From NCBI GenBank assembly GCA_050230475.1, contig JBFLGF010000132.1, forward strand, positions 1 to 64,000: a stretch of 64,000 nucleotides of DNA, written 5' to 3'. Positions 25,284-38,151 of this stretch are shown here, in pieces (within the stretch, counting starts at the first letter, position 1; every line of letters begins with the position of its first letter). A program made the position numbers and the translations under genes. This stretch comes from Ancylonema sp. Its lineage: Eukaryota. A model generated the notes under the pieces. That model was not told where the DNA came from, searched no databases, and saw nothing but the letters and a program-made list of their open reading frames with translations.

Positions 25284-27785
25284 ATTCTGGTTCTGTTCTT
25301 TTCACCTGAACTGCACGTAGTTCACACCGTGCTCATGCCCCATGAGCACCACGCAGCTCCTGTAGGCATCCTCCCCGCCCTCCTTGCGCAAATAGTACAC
25401 CTGGACAAACGACACAACAACACTCCCACTCGTCTTCTCTCCTTCCCTCATTCCATGGGATGTGGGAAGATGAAGAAGGGCGGTTAGCCCTTTCCTTACC
25501 CTTGCTAGTTTGTCTGTGCTCCCCGTAACGAACGCGGTTCCATCCACGTTGAAAGCGCAGCACAGGATCTCAGGAGGAGGGGCTGCGGCAGCAGGAGGGG
25601 CGGGGGCGGAGCCAGGGGGGGGGTCGTTGGGGATGGGTTGGAATACGTGTGGGGCCACAGTGCCGTCGCGTGCATCCCAAAGGCGACACGTGCCATCTTC
25701 CGAGGAACTGAACCCCAAACCTTACGAAGGAGAATGAGGACACGAGGTCAAGCGGGGCTACAGGGGGAGGGGTAAGTGGATGGGGGATGGGGTATAGGGG
25801 ATAGGGGAGGGGGTATGGGGAATGGGTGATGGGGGGAGGGATTTCCTTACGACAGCAATGCAAACATTGTGCTGCGTTTAGGGCTGAAGGTGACCCCGGT
25901 GACAGGGCGTGAATGGCCGCGGAGAATAGACACGGGCTCGCCGCGAGGGAGGGTCCACTGGGAAAGCATCATACTCATCACCATCATCAACATCGTACTC
26001 ATCATCATCATAAGCATCATCTTCATCATCATCATCATTATCGTCATCATCCTCATCGTCATCATCATCATCATCATCATAAGCATCATAATCATCCTCA
26101 TCATCCTCATCAGCATAATTCTTATGCTGACGTGGCGCTGACTCACCACTCGGATGACGTGGTCGTTTGACCCGGACGCCACGAGTGTGTTGTCAAAGCT
26201 GACAGAGAGGTCCGTGATGTCGCCCTGAACCCAAACACGGAGAACCCAGGGGAGAAGGAATAAAGTACGAGGGTTGACCCCTACTGTCCAGTCCCCCCTC
26301 CCCCCCCCTCCCCCCCCCCCCGCCCACCGTATGCCCTCGACAGCTGCGCAGGCAGAGACCCGTCTTCATAGACCAGATTTTGACGAGGCGACAGTCCGAC
26401 CCCGTTATAACGAACGCCCCCTCGTGGTCAAACACAGCTGAAAAGAATCCCAGGGGAAAGAAGACAAGTAAGCTCCCAAAGATTACCCTTAGAAGCCTTA
26501 TCGGATTTTTGTTCCGAAACCCCAGCATCAGCATCGAGTGCGTATTGATTGGTTACCGCAGTAGACTGCGTTCCGATGGCCTCGGAGCACTTTGGTGGCA
26601 TCCAGTCGCCCCACCAACCGCGCAGGTGGCATCAAACGGTGGTTGGATGCGCGGGCGGCAGCAGGGCGGGTAGGACGCCCGCCAACCCCTCCCCCCACCT
26701 CCCTCAGGTGAAAAGTTTTCAAAAGGGAGCCCCCCCCGGTGGCCCACCCTCGGGGGGGGGCAGAGGCTCGTAACTGTCTCTCGCCTGCGGAGAAAGACAA
26801 GGAATCCGCACCCCCATTCTCAACCCCATGAATACGGGCTTTCAAAGGAACAGGTCCTCAGATACACTTACTTGAATCTTCTCTGAGGGCAAAAGTACCC
26901 GAATGCAGCACGTGGCAGAATGCATCATGGCAGAATGCATCCTGTGGCAGAAAATTTCAGGAATGCAACAAAGGGATATCAGTTAGACGAATTATGATGT
27001 GCCTCAATTGACCTCACCATCTAGAAGAGAGAAGATTCCCGTTCCAAGAAGTGTGGGGCCGTCCGCTGCAGATACGACATGGCGAGAGGGGGACCCTTGG
27101 GCTCCAGCCTTGGCGGCAGAATCGCGCAGCAGTTGGTGTAGAAGACCTCTCAGATGCCCGCTACTCAGTCCGGAATGTCTGTCAACGGAAAGTAGGCTCG
27201 AGAACGAGTGAGCGATAGTTGAAGGGTGACAGTCTTGCGGGCAGAACGAACGAAATATCGTCAAAATGCACATGACATTGGAATACACTTGACGTCGTGT
27301 GGAAAGCTTACGATTTGTGTTGGTAATAAAGCAAGAGACAGGGGACAGATGGGCGTTCATTAGGTGTGGGAAGGTGAGGGGACACGAGTGACCAGACCCA
27401 CATGTGTAAACACACGTGTAGACGTGGGCCCACATGTGTAAAAACACGTGTAGATGTGGGGAAAAAGTATTGACCTGTTTTGCAACTCCGCCAGAGTCAT
27501 TGGGTGAGAGATTCCGTCCACGAAAGACTCTTCGGGACCCACTCTCCTGTTCTTAGACGGCATCGCATGGAACCTTCTTGGGAGGAGGTTTTGAGCTGAA
27601 ATTTCAGCTAGCAAACCAGCACATGCATTCTGACACGGCCCGGAGACTAAAAAATCTAGAATGAGGAAGTAGATTTCGCTCTCCTCCACTGTGATGCCCC
27701 CTTGTGCGACCCCAGAGTTTGTCTCGACGCCAGCTTTCACGCCACCGCAATCGTCACCTGGTACAGCATTCTCAAACTCCACCAT
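21275..27785 (-). CDS. BRWD/PHIP-like WD40-repeat protein with low-complexity acidic C-terminus
   Basis: N-terminal EIYFLILDFLVSGPC...LLPRRF. WD repeats VLRGHRNAVYC, FVITGSDCRLVKIWS, CRGH, ASGSNDHVIRV, LRGHSRPVTGVTFSP, SSEDGTCRLWD, HPSNPRVAMSAGYDGRVVFWDIW, KLVDGHFS-DGTSLMVSDEEGQIY. These are followed by DQFFLGDFRALIED...ETELPPHIRN, typical of this family. Many introns; the 3' part is E/G/R-rich. Confidence 0.88.
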
Positions 27786-28289
27786 TCCGACCCCTCACGA
27801 CTGACGTCGAAAGTCAATAATGTCGGTTTGGATTACGCGTTCGGCCACAGTATGGAAAAAATACTTTTCCGGGACCGAGGGTTGAAATTCTGCGAAGCAA
27901 GGCCTTCCTCTGTCTGATATGACATAATGCACCTCCTGAAACTCGAGAATCTTCGGGGTTTTGAATCTGTCGAGCCACAACGACATCACTAGCACAAGTA
28001 CAAGCTCTTACTCCGTTGCTTCATAACGAACGAGTCTGTACGTTCTTCCAAATATCATACGGTAAACCTCATGCAGTACACATCTTCGATATCGGGGGTC
28101 GTGGGGAGTTGCCAGTGGTGTTGCAGCTTCAAGCATTGTGTTTGTACATCGTAGGCAGTTGTGCACCACATTACTCGGAGGTACATTTTGTACCTCCGAT
28201 ACCTCCCTTGGCGCGAATATGGCGCGAATTTTTCGGTTTTCAACAACATTCGCACAATAACCGTAACTAGGGACAGGGTGAGCATAGTC

Positions 28290-28916
28290 CAGTGCTCCCT
28301 CGATATGAGGACCAAAAAAAAAAAAAAAAAACTGTCCTCATATCGAGGTGTCTTAACACGTTCTATCATTCTATGGGGACATTCAAAATGTGTGTCCTTG
28401 TATCGAGGGATTTCTTTAATGAAGCAAAATAAACAAGCATGTGTGTTGTCTGCATGTTGCCTAAAGTAAGTTGCTTTGGCACCATCATCCAATTCAGCGT
28501 GGGTGTTGTGATGCAAGCTATACAAGTACATCCCAATACATTGCGACTAGCAAAACACAAAAAACCAACTTTGCGAGGAGAGTTGGGGCGTATTAAGGTC
28601 GTACTAAGCGACAAAGTCCTCACATAGTTTGTTGGACATGGAGTAAGCAACATGGACAATTGTTGAAACCGATACTTGTCATGAAGAGAACTGCATTATT
28701 TTCCGAATTTTGAATCGCAAAAAAAATACACAATTCTTATTAAGTCCAATACAAGGACATTCATTGACAATTGTCTGATATAATTTGTCTTCTTGAAGAG
28801 TGTCGTTATTTTTATATCGAGGGCGATTTTGTATTGATTTTTATAAAGGTTTAAAATTTACGTCCTTACATCGAGGTTGTCCTTATAAAGAGGGTCCTTG
28901 TATCGAGGGAGCACTA
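28290..28916. mobile_element. Tc1/mariner(pogo)-like MITE
   Basis: Left cagtgctccctcgatatgaggacc versus reverse complement of the right end tagtgctccctcgatacaaggacc. Internal gtcct..tatcgagg repeats. TA only on the right flank. Confidence 0.7.
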
Positions 28917-30106
28917 TAGGCCCTCATTTGCCCTCCACAGGGGTTAGTACCCACTGGGTTATTCTCCAGAGGGCTATTCAAATGGGAATTGTGAAGGACA
29001 ACAAGGCAAGAAGAAAGAAATATCAAGGAAGCACGATGGGAACCCCATCTAAGTATAACGAAGAAAGCCAAAAATCTAGAAACACCTAGGAGGGCAAGAA
29101 GTGTTAACTTTCGGAAACGCACCGCCCATATTTGAGTTGCGCCGCACAGATTTCAAGATTTGTCGAATACGACAACCTTGTCCTTAATTTTTTTTGCATT
29201 GTCCTTAACAATTTCCTATTTAAATTCACCACTTAGGGGTGGTCAGCCCTACATTGCTACAAGCCTAAAGTGGGCATCGCTTTTGTTTTTGGTATTGAGG
29301 TTGTATTCACCACACTCCAACCCGCATGTCATGAATACACGTATCGTCAAACGTATCCGGGTCAACCCTGCCCGAGCCACTACGGCTCCCACGTGGTGCA
29401 CGTGCGATGATAGTGTGTGTTATCGACGCACCCACATGCGTTGAGTGAAACTTGTTTCCCCCCCCCCCCGCAATTACTTCAATCAAATAAGTTCAATACA
29501 AAAAAAAACAGAAAAAAATAAGCTCGTTCGTTTCCCCCGGTGAGCCCGCTGTAAGCTAGAGGCTCTTGTGATCTCATTATGAGCCCACAGTCCGATGAGT
29601 CCGAGGAGGCCGACGACCCCGGAATAATGCTCCCAAGTATGAGCCTTTGAAGCTCATGAGCCCGGAGGTGAGGCTGAGGATCACCCAGTGTGACCGTCTG
29701 ACCACCGGCTATTCGTCCACCCATTTGCACGGCTGACATGTGCACGAAGTTTGCGCTAATGATGCGCAGCCGTGTACACACAGACAAAAAAAGGGTACTG
29801 TTCTCTGATGTCGCGCCGATGGGACCCAACGAACGTGTCAAGCGGTCGCTCCAATTCGAGAAACCACCACATTTCACACCGATTGCTCTTCTTCTTGGGT
29901 TTCTAGCTAGAGAGAGCACTTGCCGTGTGCTGCCGCCAGCAGAAGGCCGCACCGCTAGCAGAGAGCAGCATGTTGCCCTCACACTACCAGCTGTAGCTAT
30001 CTGTTGTAGTCAGGTTCCGAGGGGTCTTTTAAGGAAGAGGCGATTAGCTGACCTCGGAGCTAAGACTCAGAGTGAGTGAAGCGGTGACATATCCGCGGGA
30101 GTTTCC

Positions 30107-32726
30107 ATGGACTCGGAGGATGTAGGAGGAGCAATCAGGAAGGCTTTCAAGCAGAAGAAGTCGCCTTTCCAGAAACGGGGTCTCTTGAAGGCGTACGCAG
30201 GTGCCTACTGAACTCATCTGGGTAGTGGAGACATGATCTAATAGCAGTGCGACTCACGCGAGGCATGCGGGAATTAAAATGTCCGCAGTGTCGATTGCAT
30301 GCACGTCTACAAGCTTTGAGGAACATTTTGGTAATGGAGATGTGACCCAACTTGATGCAGCTCTCCAGCACGTTATGAATCTGCCCGTGACGTATGTCGA
30401 AAGCCGAATAGATAACCGTGAGAATTGATGGAACGCAGAGAATAAATACCCGACGGACCAGGCGAGAGCAAAGCTTGCAGACGAGCTCGACCTCACGGAT
30501 AAGCAGTTGCAAATGTGGTTCTGCCATGAGCGGAGGAAGGAAAAGATTGCAGAAAAAGCGAAACAGACGAAGAGTACGAGAAGTCCACCAGGAAGTCCTG
30601 GTGACATACCACTTGGAGCAGACGCTTACGAAATTGCTGTAGAAATCTCAAAACGGACACGCAACGAGGGGAAGTCGTCAGAGAATGAAGACGAACCAGA
30701 TCTTGACAGAACCATGTCGGCAGAAGGGTACTTTGCTGCTGCTTTGGCTAACGAGGTAGAGGACTCAGCACTGCTTGCCGGTAAACGGCATGGCGTGGAC
30801 AAAGAGACGACGCCTGTAGGAAGGTCGAAAAAACAGCAAGAAGTACAAGGATCAGTATTGCCCGAGCATGCAAGATTTCATGCTCACGATAGTAAGATGA
30901 GAAACTATGGTGGCAATGAGTGGGCTGCTCTACCAAAGGTTAAGCCACGGAAGTACTCACCATTGCAGAACACTGAAATTGCTGGCCTGAAGCAAGAGAG
31001 GGAGACAGAGGCTGAGCTCTTAAATGCCATGGAAAGTAAATCAACTGTAAATGGGACGAATGTAGAGGAGTCTGAGAAGCCGTATCCAACATCCTTGAAG
31101 GAGTCTCGCCCAGGGAACAAGTCATCAACCCAGGCCAGTTTCGCAAGGTTTCCAAATCGAGCCTTGGATGAAGGGCAAGGTTTTAGACCAGGCAGTGCTC
31201 CGGCAGGAGCTAAGCCGACCGTGCGAATCAAGATGCCTGGGGGTGTAGGACCTTCTGCGCGGATGAAATTACCGAAGCTGAGACCGCCAACGCCAGATTC
31301 AAGACCATCGGAGGCTGTGAAGGCAGAGGGACCAGATGGTGAGGTCAAAACTAGTAGTCTGATGACTCGCAAATCGCTGTGTTATCAGCTGCTGGTAGTC
31401 GAGGAACTACAAATGATTCTTTCTCTCTTTCTTTTACGATATTGGTAGCAGTTCTTTGAGCAGTGTGTATCAGATGTTCTCACCACACCTATCATATCCG
31501 GATGCTGCCATGCTTAAGTCGGCAGGTACAGAAGTTGGCATATACATCCATATCCCCATACACATCCAGCTACCATGACATCGTTACAAAGTGCTTGTAC
31601 CAGGTGTGACTAACGGGAAGCGGGAGGCCGAGGAGCCTGGTGCACCACCTGGACATCCTCTGGTAAGTAGAGTTAAAGAGAGGATGGTTCTGAAGTACTG
31701 TTTGGTGGGCTGGATGTTATCGAATTCCAAAATCTGTGTCGCCAGCCTGAATCACTTTACATATTTTATTTTGTATTTTTCTGTTGGAGGGTGATTCGGG
31801 GTTGGATCCTCATTTCTTGTCAATACCGTAGCGAGGAGAGGTGGTTGGATCCTTATTACTTGTCAATACAATAGCGAGGATGGGTAGTCCATCCTCTCTT
31901 TCTAGTACTTCTCTGCCACGGTCTGTTGGTGTCCAGCAACCATCCTCCTTCTCGTCACCATCTCATCTGAAGTCAAGCTTGCATCATCTTAAAGTCAAGC
32001 TTGCATCATCTCAAAGTCAAGCTTGCATCATCTTAAAGTCAAGCTTGCGTCATCTCAAAGTCAAGCTTGCGTCATCTCAAAGTCAAGCTTGCATCATCTT
32101 AAAGTCAAGCTTGCATCATCTTCAAGTCAAGCTTGCGTCATCTTAAAGTCAAGCTTCTGTTTTCGCAGGGACGACCCCTTCGCCGTTCCGAAATGGCTCC
32201 TCCCATGCGGAGAAAGAAGAAGACAGACAGACCTCCATCAAACTTGTCGGATCCCACCAATCATACAGAGCATGAAGAGGAGAACATCACTCAACACCCA
32301 AGAGCCAATGACAGACCTGCAAAGCCAGTAGCAGAAAATCCCATACCTCGGAGCCCCCTGGGGCCGCCATCTGGCAGCACCAGCCCCCTGAATTATTCAG
32401 CGCCTCATTCTCCCTACCTACTTCCCCATGGCATCCCTCCCATGACATCAGCGAGGCACTATCCTGCCACTTACCCTGGCAGCAGCGAGTGGGATGGTAG
32501 AGCTCAGGTCTATGGCCTGGGCGGGGGCGAGAGTCTGGATGAGGTGGATGAGGATCTGGAAGTGCAAGAAGCGATGCAGATGGAGCGGGTGGCAAGAGCC
32601 CGGGCAGCATCAGCAGCGGCGGAAATCGAGGCCCTCCAGGCATCGCTGAACACAATGCAGGCCAGGAGGAGAGCGGCAGCGAAAATGAAAGCGAGACAGG
32701 TTGTGGCGGATGTGGAGCATGGTTGA
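30107..32726 (+). CDS. Homeodomain protein with RLT/DDT-class homeodomain
   Basis: Exons 30107-30200, 30439-31338, 31604-31662 and 32169-32726 splice in phase. The homeodomain reads KKSPFQKRGLLKAYAENKYPTDQARAKLADELDLTDKQLQMWFCHERRKEK; QLQMWFCH is the RLT-type helix 3. Confidence 0.8.
31965..32156. repeat. 21-bp intronic minisatellite
   Basis: About 9 copies of aagtcaagcttgc(a/g)tcatct(t/c)a immediately upstream of the last acceptor site of the homeobox gene. Confidence 0.95.
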
Positions 32727-33038
32727 GCGGCGTTGAACCGTGGGGTGAGACTTGACTTGAAACGTGTGGGGGGACTTGGCATGTTTACACATTCTTGCGC
32801 CCGCAATTTGGGAATTGTTTGTTACCTCAAAACAGTCACTTCTCGCGCGAAGCATGCAGCAACTAAGACAGTTGCACGTTTTCTGTTCGTTTTCTGTTCG
32901 GTTTGTCGCGGCGTTGGGGCCTCCTGCCCTCTGAGAGATGAGAACGGGGTGGTAGACGGGGCAATGAGTCAGAGTCTTTTCTGGGATTTATGAATACGTG
33001 ATTTGGAAATTAGGGTGGGCTAGTTGGTGAGTATATTT

Positions 33039-34400
33039 ATGGACGGGTGGCAGGCGAAGGACGGGTTCTACGGTGCGGATCGTTCCTGGGAGGAGAAGAA
33101 GCAGAGGAGGGAGGAACACACACGAGAGGAAGGACTTGCTGCTCAGGTGGGGGGCTGGGCTCAGGGTCTGCTTTCCCTCAGGCTTGTCAAAGAGGGGAAG
33201 CGGGTTCTGTGCAACAGCGTTGTTGGCATAATGATGTGCACAGGGTTCGGGATTTGCACTCGGTTTGTCCTATTGCTGTCTGTTTTCTTGTACTTGGTTT
33301 CTGGTTTTTGGTTTGATGCGCAGCAGCGGGATTGTGGAAGAAGGAGCAAATAAGTGAAGCGTTGTGACCTGTCCTGCCTAATGCTGTTCTGTTATAGGGA
33401 AGGCATTCTGACGCAGGGTGAAGGGTTTTTGGATCCCCCTGCAGAAATAAGAAACGGCGGCGAAGGATGCTCTAAGGAAACAGAGGCGAGAGGAGGAGGT
33501 TGAGGCTTGGGAGGAAGCGAGGGAGAGGGAGCGTGAGGAGGAGTTGCAGCTGTGCAAGGAAGCCAAGGAGAAGGAGAGGGAAAGGGTGCAGAGGGAGCAG
33601 TGAGTTGAGGGAGGCGGCCAACCAGGAGAGGGAGAAAATGAAGTTGTCGCTTAAGGGAAAGACGAGAGAAGGTGTCATGTGTGGTTCCCTATGGTCGCTG
33701 AAATCTCGCTGTCCTCCACAAATATGAGAGTGACGTGAGTAAAGAGAGATGTATTGCAACATTCGAAGTGTTTCTGTCTGCGTCCAGCTGTATCTCTATG
33801 GGTTGCACATGGAGAAAATGAAAGTATGATAGATATCAGAAGGTTTGAAGGGCTGGCAATACATGTTATTTGTGTCTCCTTCCACCCTTCATACAGGGAA
33901 GTCAGGTTCGTCCTTGTGTTCCTCATGTACTTCATGATTTCTTCGGGTAAACACTTGAGTTTGTCTGGTCGTCCGCTCACAGATTGCCAGCGATGGTCTT
34001 CTCGGTGGCAAATAGAGTGACAAGGAGGGGGAAGTGGAGGAAGGAAGCTGAAGTGGGAAGGGAGAAGGCAGAGGGAGAGGAGGGGGAAGAAGTTGGGGAG
34101 GAGGAGGCTGTAAAAACGACACCTGGCAGTGCAGCTGGCAGTGAGGTGGAAGACGACAAGGATGGGAGACCCCAATCTCTGCACAAAAAACTGGTGGATG
34201 CCTTGGGAGAGGAAAATAAAAATGGGGGGGGGGGTTCTGGTGCGACTAAAGGGGGTTGGGCTAGGCAGGGGTCGGAGTTGGGGCTGGGCGACGCGTCGCA
34301 GGGAGGCAGGAGTGGGAGTTATACAGACTTGGATCTGACTCCAGGGGGGAGGAGGAAGCGGAAGAGGGAGAGGAGGAGATACGCTCTGAAGGGGAGGAAG
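33039..34400 (+). pseudogene. Decayed E/R/K-rich coiled-coil coding segments
   Basis: Exon-like blocks with splice sites (donor ~33147, acceptors 33444 and 33982) read WEEKKQRREE and KDALRKQRREEEVEAWEEARERE. There is an in-frame TAA at 33448-33450 and a stop/frameshift at ~33601. Confidence 0.4.
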
Positions 34401-34881
34401 ATTGGAGTAGAAGTCTGGGTTGACTTCTGGATGGGGGAGGGGGGGGAGCTAGTGGGAGTGGGAGTGGGAGTGCATCAGAAATGGTGCGGTTTTGTAAAAA
34501 AGGGGGTCATGGTATTTGGATGGTCAGGATTTGTCCATGGTTCCAGTGTGTAGTGTATAGGATTTAATTGATCAAGAAAATATATATCCTCTCCTTCCCT
34601 CAGGAAGTGGAAGCAGCGGTAGAGTGAACAGTGAGGCAAACATGCAATGAGGCGTTGTTTTTCCAACTCACCTGCCTGTGGGCAGGTTAGCTGGAAGGTT
34701 TATTGGGCAATATTGTTCGGCACGTGCTGCATCCATTTTCATATCGTATAACTATCTGATTCCCGTCACAAAAAAAATTGAATCCTACGCGGATGTAAGC
34801 AACAAGAGTGGCTGGTTGAATGAATTGAGAAGTAGGGTGGGGGGGCGCATGCCAAAGAGGCCGTCACTTTACCCAAGTGCC

Positions 34882-35356
34882 TAGGGATGCGCTCCCCCGC
34901 ACCCCGACTCCCCCGTCCCCCGTCCTCTTACGGGGATCCGCCGTCCCCTTCTTCTAAAATTACGGGGGACTACAGGGGACGCAACCCCAGGTTGGGAAAA
35001 CGGGGGATGCGGGGGAGGCCAGAGGGGAAACGGGGGAATTTTAGGGGACACGGGGGAATCTACGGGGGGGGGTTGGTCTTGAATCTGGGCCCCAAAAGTC
35101 AGGCACACGTCAGATTCTGGGTTGCCAACCCGTTCATCCTCTGTGCCCCCCGTTTTCTACTGTTTCCTCCCCCGTGTACCCCGGTGTTCCCCGATTAGCC
35201 CCCTGATTCCCCCGTTTTCCTCCGTTTCCCCCGTACGCAGCCGATACAGTTGAGACATTCCCAGCCGCGGTTGGTCCCCCATATACGGAGGAGGGGGACG
35301 GGGGACGGGGGAGTCTCCCTCCCCCTTTTCGTTTCAAACGGGGGAGCACATCCCTA
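34882..35356. mobile_element. hAT (Ac-like ends) MITE, 475 bp
   Basis: TIR tagggatgcgctcccc / ggggagcacatcccta (15/16 match). Perfect 8-bp TSD caagtgcc at 34874-34881 and 35357-35364. Confidence 0.92.
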
Positions 35357-35787
35357 CAAGTGCCCAACGGATGCCCAACCGTCCAATCGCTCCAACCGTG
35401 GCTCGGCGGTTGGGTAGCGGCTTGGCACTTTATTCTGGGGGGGGGAGGCAGCATGATAGGAAATGTGTGTACAGAACGAACTGTATCGTACGGCCAGGTC
35501 TACTGCATTTCACAGTCAATCTCTCGTGCAAAATAATCTGGAACCAACCTTCGGACTTCTTCCTTAGGTGCAAGTAGAGACAAACATACAGCATACATGT
35601 ACTAAAATGACCCGCAAATAATTATTGGAAGGGTGGGTCCGGTCGAATTAACTAATTCATTTTTTGGATCAAGCCATAAATTTGGCGTAGTGGGTGAACA
35701 TTATAAAATCGTAGCTACTCGATTTTTTGCTCAAAATGCATATGTGGTCGGATCCCGGTCGCCCAAGATTCAATCGTGGTCTGGTAG

Positions 35788-35940
35788 CATAGTTACCCGA
35801 ACTTTCGGAACCGGGTTCGAAGGTCCGCATCTCGGACCGGGGTCCGTCCTTCGAGGCCCAAAACCTCGGACCGACGATTTAGGGTAAAATCAATTTTTAT
35901 AGGTCATTATTTTTTACTTAGTTCAAAACACTTCGAAAAC
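35788..35940 (+). mobile_element. Fragment of a diverged relative of hAT MITE family B
   Basis: Starts catagtt... and contains cggaccggggtccgtcctt, resembling the family B left end. It abuts the truncated FHA gene. Confidence 0.55.
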
Positions 35941-36913
35941 AAGCTGCTCGGCCTCGAGTTGAGCGGTCAGCTCCTCGAAGCTCCGCTCTTTGGCGGCAAG
36001 CCGAACCCGAAGCTCCTCATTGGCCCGCTGCATGGATCGGAAGTCTGACAGGGCGAGGCTTTCCTCTCCAGTACCCACTCGCCGGATTTTAGTACCCGTA
36101 CCCGTACCCGTACCCGGTCCGGTTCCCCACGTGCCGTCTGTAGCATCCCCCAGCAGATCATCTGATTATCCCCCCTCGAAACACTCGTTTCTTGCCAAGA
36201 ATCACCAACCCCGTGGCCCCAACCCACACACCCGTCTCACCCTGAGAGGCGAACTTTCGTTTGTGTCCCGCTTGGCTTACGAAGACGTAGGCAAAGGCGG
36301 TAGCTGCGCCAGTGAAAAGGTTGAAATTGCATCAGGAATAGGCTGCATGGCTGGCGGGCGGGCTGGGGATGTCAAAAGTTCCCACCAGCTTCTGGCGGCG
36401 CTACTAAGGAGATGATATCCCCATGCTGTACGCGGACGGGCGCACCGTTCTTGTCGACGCGGACGGCGTTGAGGAAGGTGCCGTTGGAGCTGTGGGAGGG
36501 GATAACGAGTTTAGAAAGAGCCAGGTCTGTATTGCGATCCCTGTGCTCAGATCAGACCTGCTGTCGGACAGGAATACGTCCAACTCCCCAGCTGCGTTTG
36601 CCGTGTAGCTCAGCGTGCAGTGACGGCCGCGGACAGCAAGAGATTCATATTGACAGGGCCCCTGCTGCGCTCGCCCCAGCACATGCTCGGGCAGGTACAG
36701 CGGCACATTGCCACCCTGTTCAGAAAAATGATAGCGTGTTAGATCCGAGCGGCTTGAGAATGACGGGACGCGAGTGAGATGTCTGAAGTGCGTCTTGGGT
36801 ACCTGCTGCCGAGATTTAGCCGCCTCCGACAAGGCTGCCAGGTGGCCCCATTGCGCAGCGTGTGTGGCTTGAATAGGGCGCCTAGCGTGAAGCGCAGATG
36901 CAGTTTAAGAGGC
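35923..36913 (-). pseudogene. FHA-domain/coiled-coil gene (resembles Arabidopsis At2g45460 type), probably pseudogenised
   Basis: In-phase exons 36913-36803, 36715-36558, 36489-36386, 36303-36241 and 36161-35923 give WGHLAALS...EHVLGR...AVRGRHC...DSSSNGTFLN...VRVQHGDIISLVAPPE..AFAYVF...LSDFRSMQRANEELR. There is an in-frame TAA at 36907-36905, no usable ATG before the FHA domain, and an abrupt end in a MITE fragment. Confidence 0.8.
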
Positions 36914-37307
36914 CTGCGAATCTACAGAACGAGAGTACCTAACACGAGGCAAATCAATGCGTGAAAGTGGGGGGTGGTGATGACAGGTGGGTTGCACAAA
37001 ATAACATTTCACGGAGGCATTTCATGTATCTACCGGTACACGTATTTTGGCGCCAATTTGTTTTTCGGACTGAAGTTCACGGTGCGCAATTACCCCTGGG
37101 CAAGAAAACGATACGGCGAAGAAATGTGTGAGGGGGGGGCAGAAATGGCAAAAATAGAAGACGCAGATGAGGATCGGCAATAAATTATTGAATTCTCTGA
37201 ACCCTGGGGGAGGGATGTGTATGGAATCCAAGTGCCAGTGAGGGGGTGGGCTAGTGTGTGAGGTAACAGATCCCTTGCCTTGCGCTGCCGCTCAGTGTTT
37301 CTATAAA

Positions 37308-37975
37308 ATGAGGTTACTGATACACAATCTTCTTACTTGTAACATTATGGGGGTGACAAATGGGTATCCGTTGAAGGTTGAAGCAGTGAAGGTGGAGACC
37401 AAGGAGGCAGATTTCAATGCAGAGTCCCTTCGGCAGCTGTTCCCCAAAATAGAATGGGAGGCCCTGACGGGTGGGGCTCGCGAGGTACTTGTGTAGTTCT
37501 TGAACTCGGGCTTATGTGCAGAGAAGGGACGGACATGTCTCTGCCCTCACCAGCGCCCGCATTTTATTGAGTGTTTGCACGTGGAGTGACGGTACTGACC
37601 GTCTACCCTGGCTCATGTGGTAAACTCAAGATTGCAAGAAATTCTTGGTTCAGGCGTCTCGCATACGACCGGCCAGATCTTGCCAATTTATGTGCTGTGC
37701 AGATGGGAATTGACGACCTTCCTGCAACAGTGGAGCCATCCATGCTGGAGAACGACGATTTTTTGAGAAAATTTCACCACGCTCTTCTTGAGGTACGGGC
37801 AAGTCGTAACGCTAACTGCACACATGGCCCTGGAATATGTCGCACGACCTTATACGCTGGAATATTTTGGCAGGTTCATTTAGAAGAAGGTGCGCTGGTG
37901 TGTCCAGAAACTGGAAGGCGGTTCCCAGTAAGCAAAGGCATACCGAATATGCTACTTAACGAAGACGAGCTCTGA
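37308..37975 (+). CDS. TRM112: Multifunctional methyltransferase subunit TRM112
   Basis: Exons 37308-37484, 37703-37792 and 37874-37975 encode 122 aa: MRLLIHNLLTCNI...[44 protein letters not shown]. Confidence 0.97.
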
Positions 37976-38073
37976 TTATGAACATTCTCCAAGTTCCCAG
38001 CCGGGTCGCAAATTTGGGTTCGAAGGAGAGACGTGGTGCTCTGTACGCTTGCTTGAGATTCACAGGGCTGCTT

Positions 38074-38151
38074 CAACTAAGAGGTGGCCAGCCTTTGCTT
38101 ATGAGGACTCAACAAAGTCCTCATAAGCAAAGGCTGGCCACCTCTTAGTTG
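38074..38151. repeat. Perfect 36-bp inverted repeat with 6-nt loop
   Basis: caactaagaggtggccagcctttgcttatgaggact - caacaa - exact reverse complement. Confidence 0.97.

Noticed and set aside
25847..26182. Poly-His, poly-Met and poly-Ile ORFs suggesting a metal-binding peptide
   Set aside because: They are translations of a (CAT)n microsatellite within an intron of the WD40 gene.
31965..32156. Regular palindrome-containing repeats resembling a CRISPR array
   Set aside because: Contiguous 21-bp units with no unique spacers, inside a eukaryotic intron, with no cas genes.
33448..36907. In-frame TAA codons suggesting TAA/TAG-to-Gln recoding
   Set aside because: HPT1 ends with TAG at the conserved C-terminus, and no conserved exon of the intact genes contains in-frame TAA or TAG. 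The TAAs occur only in otherwise damaged segments.
36350..36960. GC-rich stretch considered as a structured ncRNA (RNase P/MRP-like)
   Set aside because: Fully explained by minus-strand FHA exons and introns.
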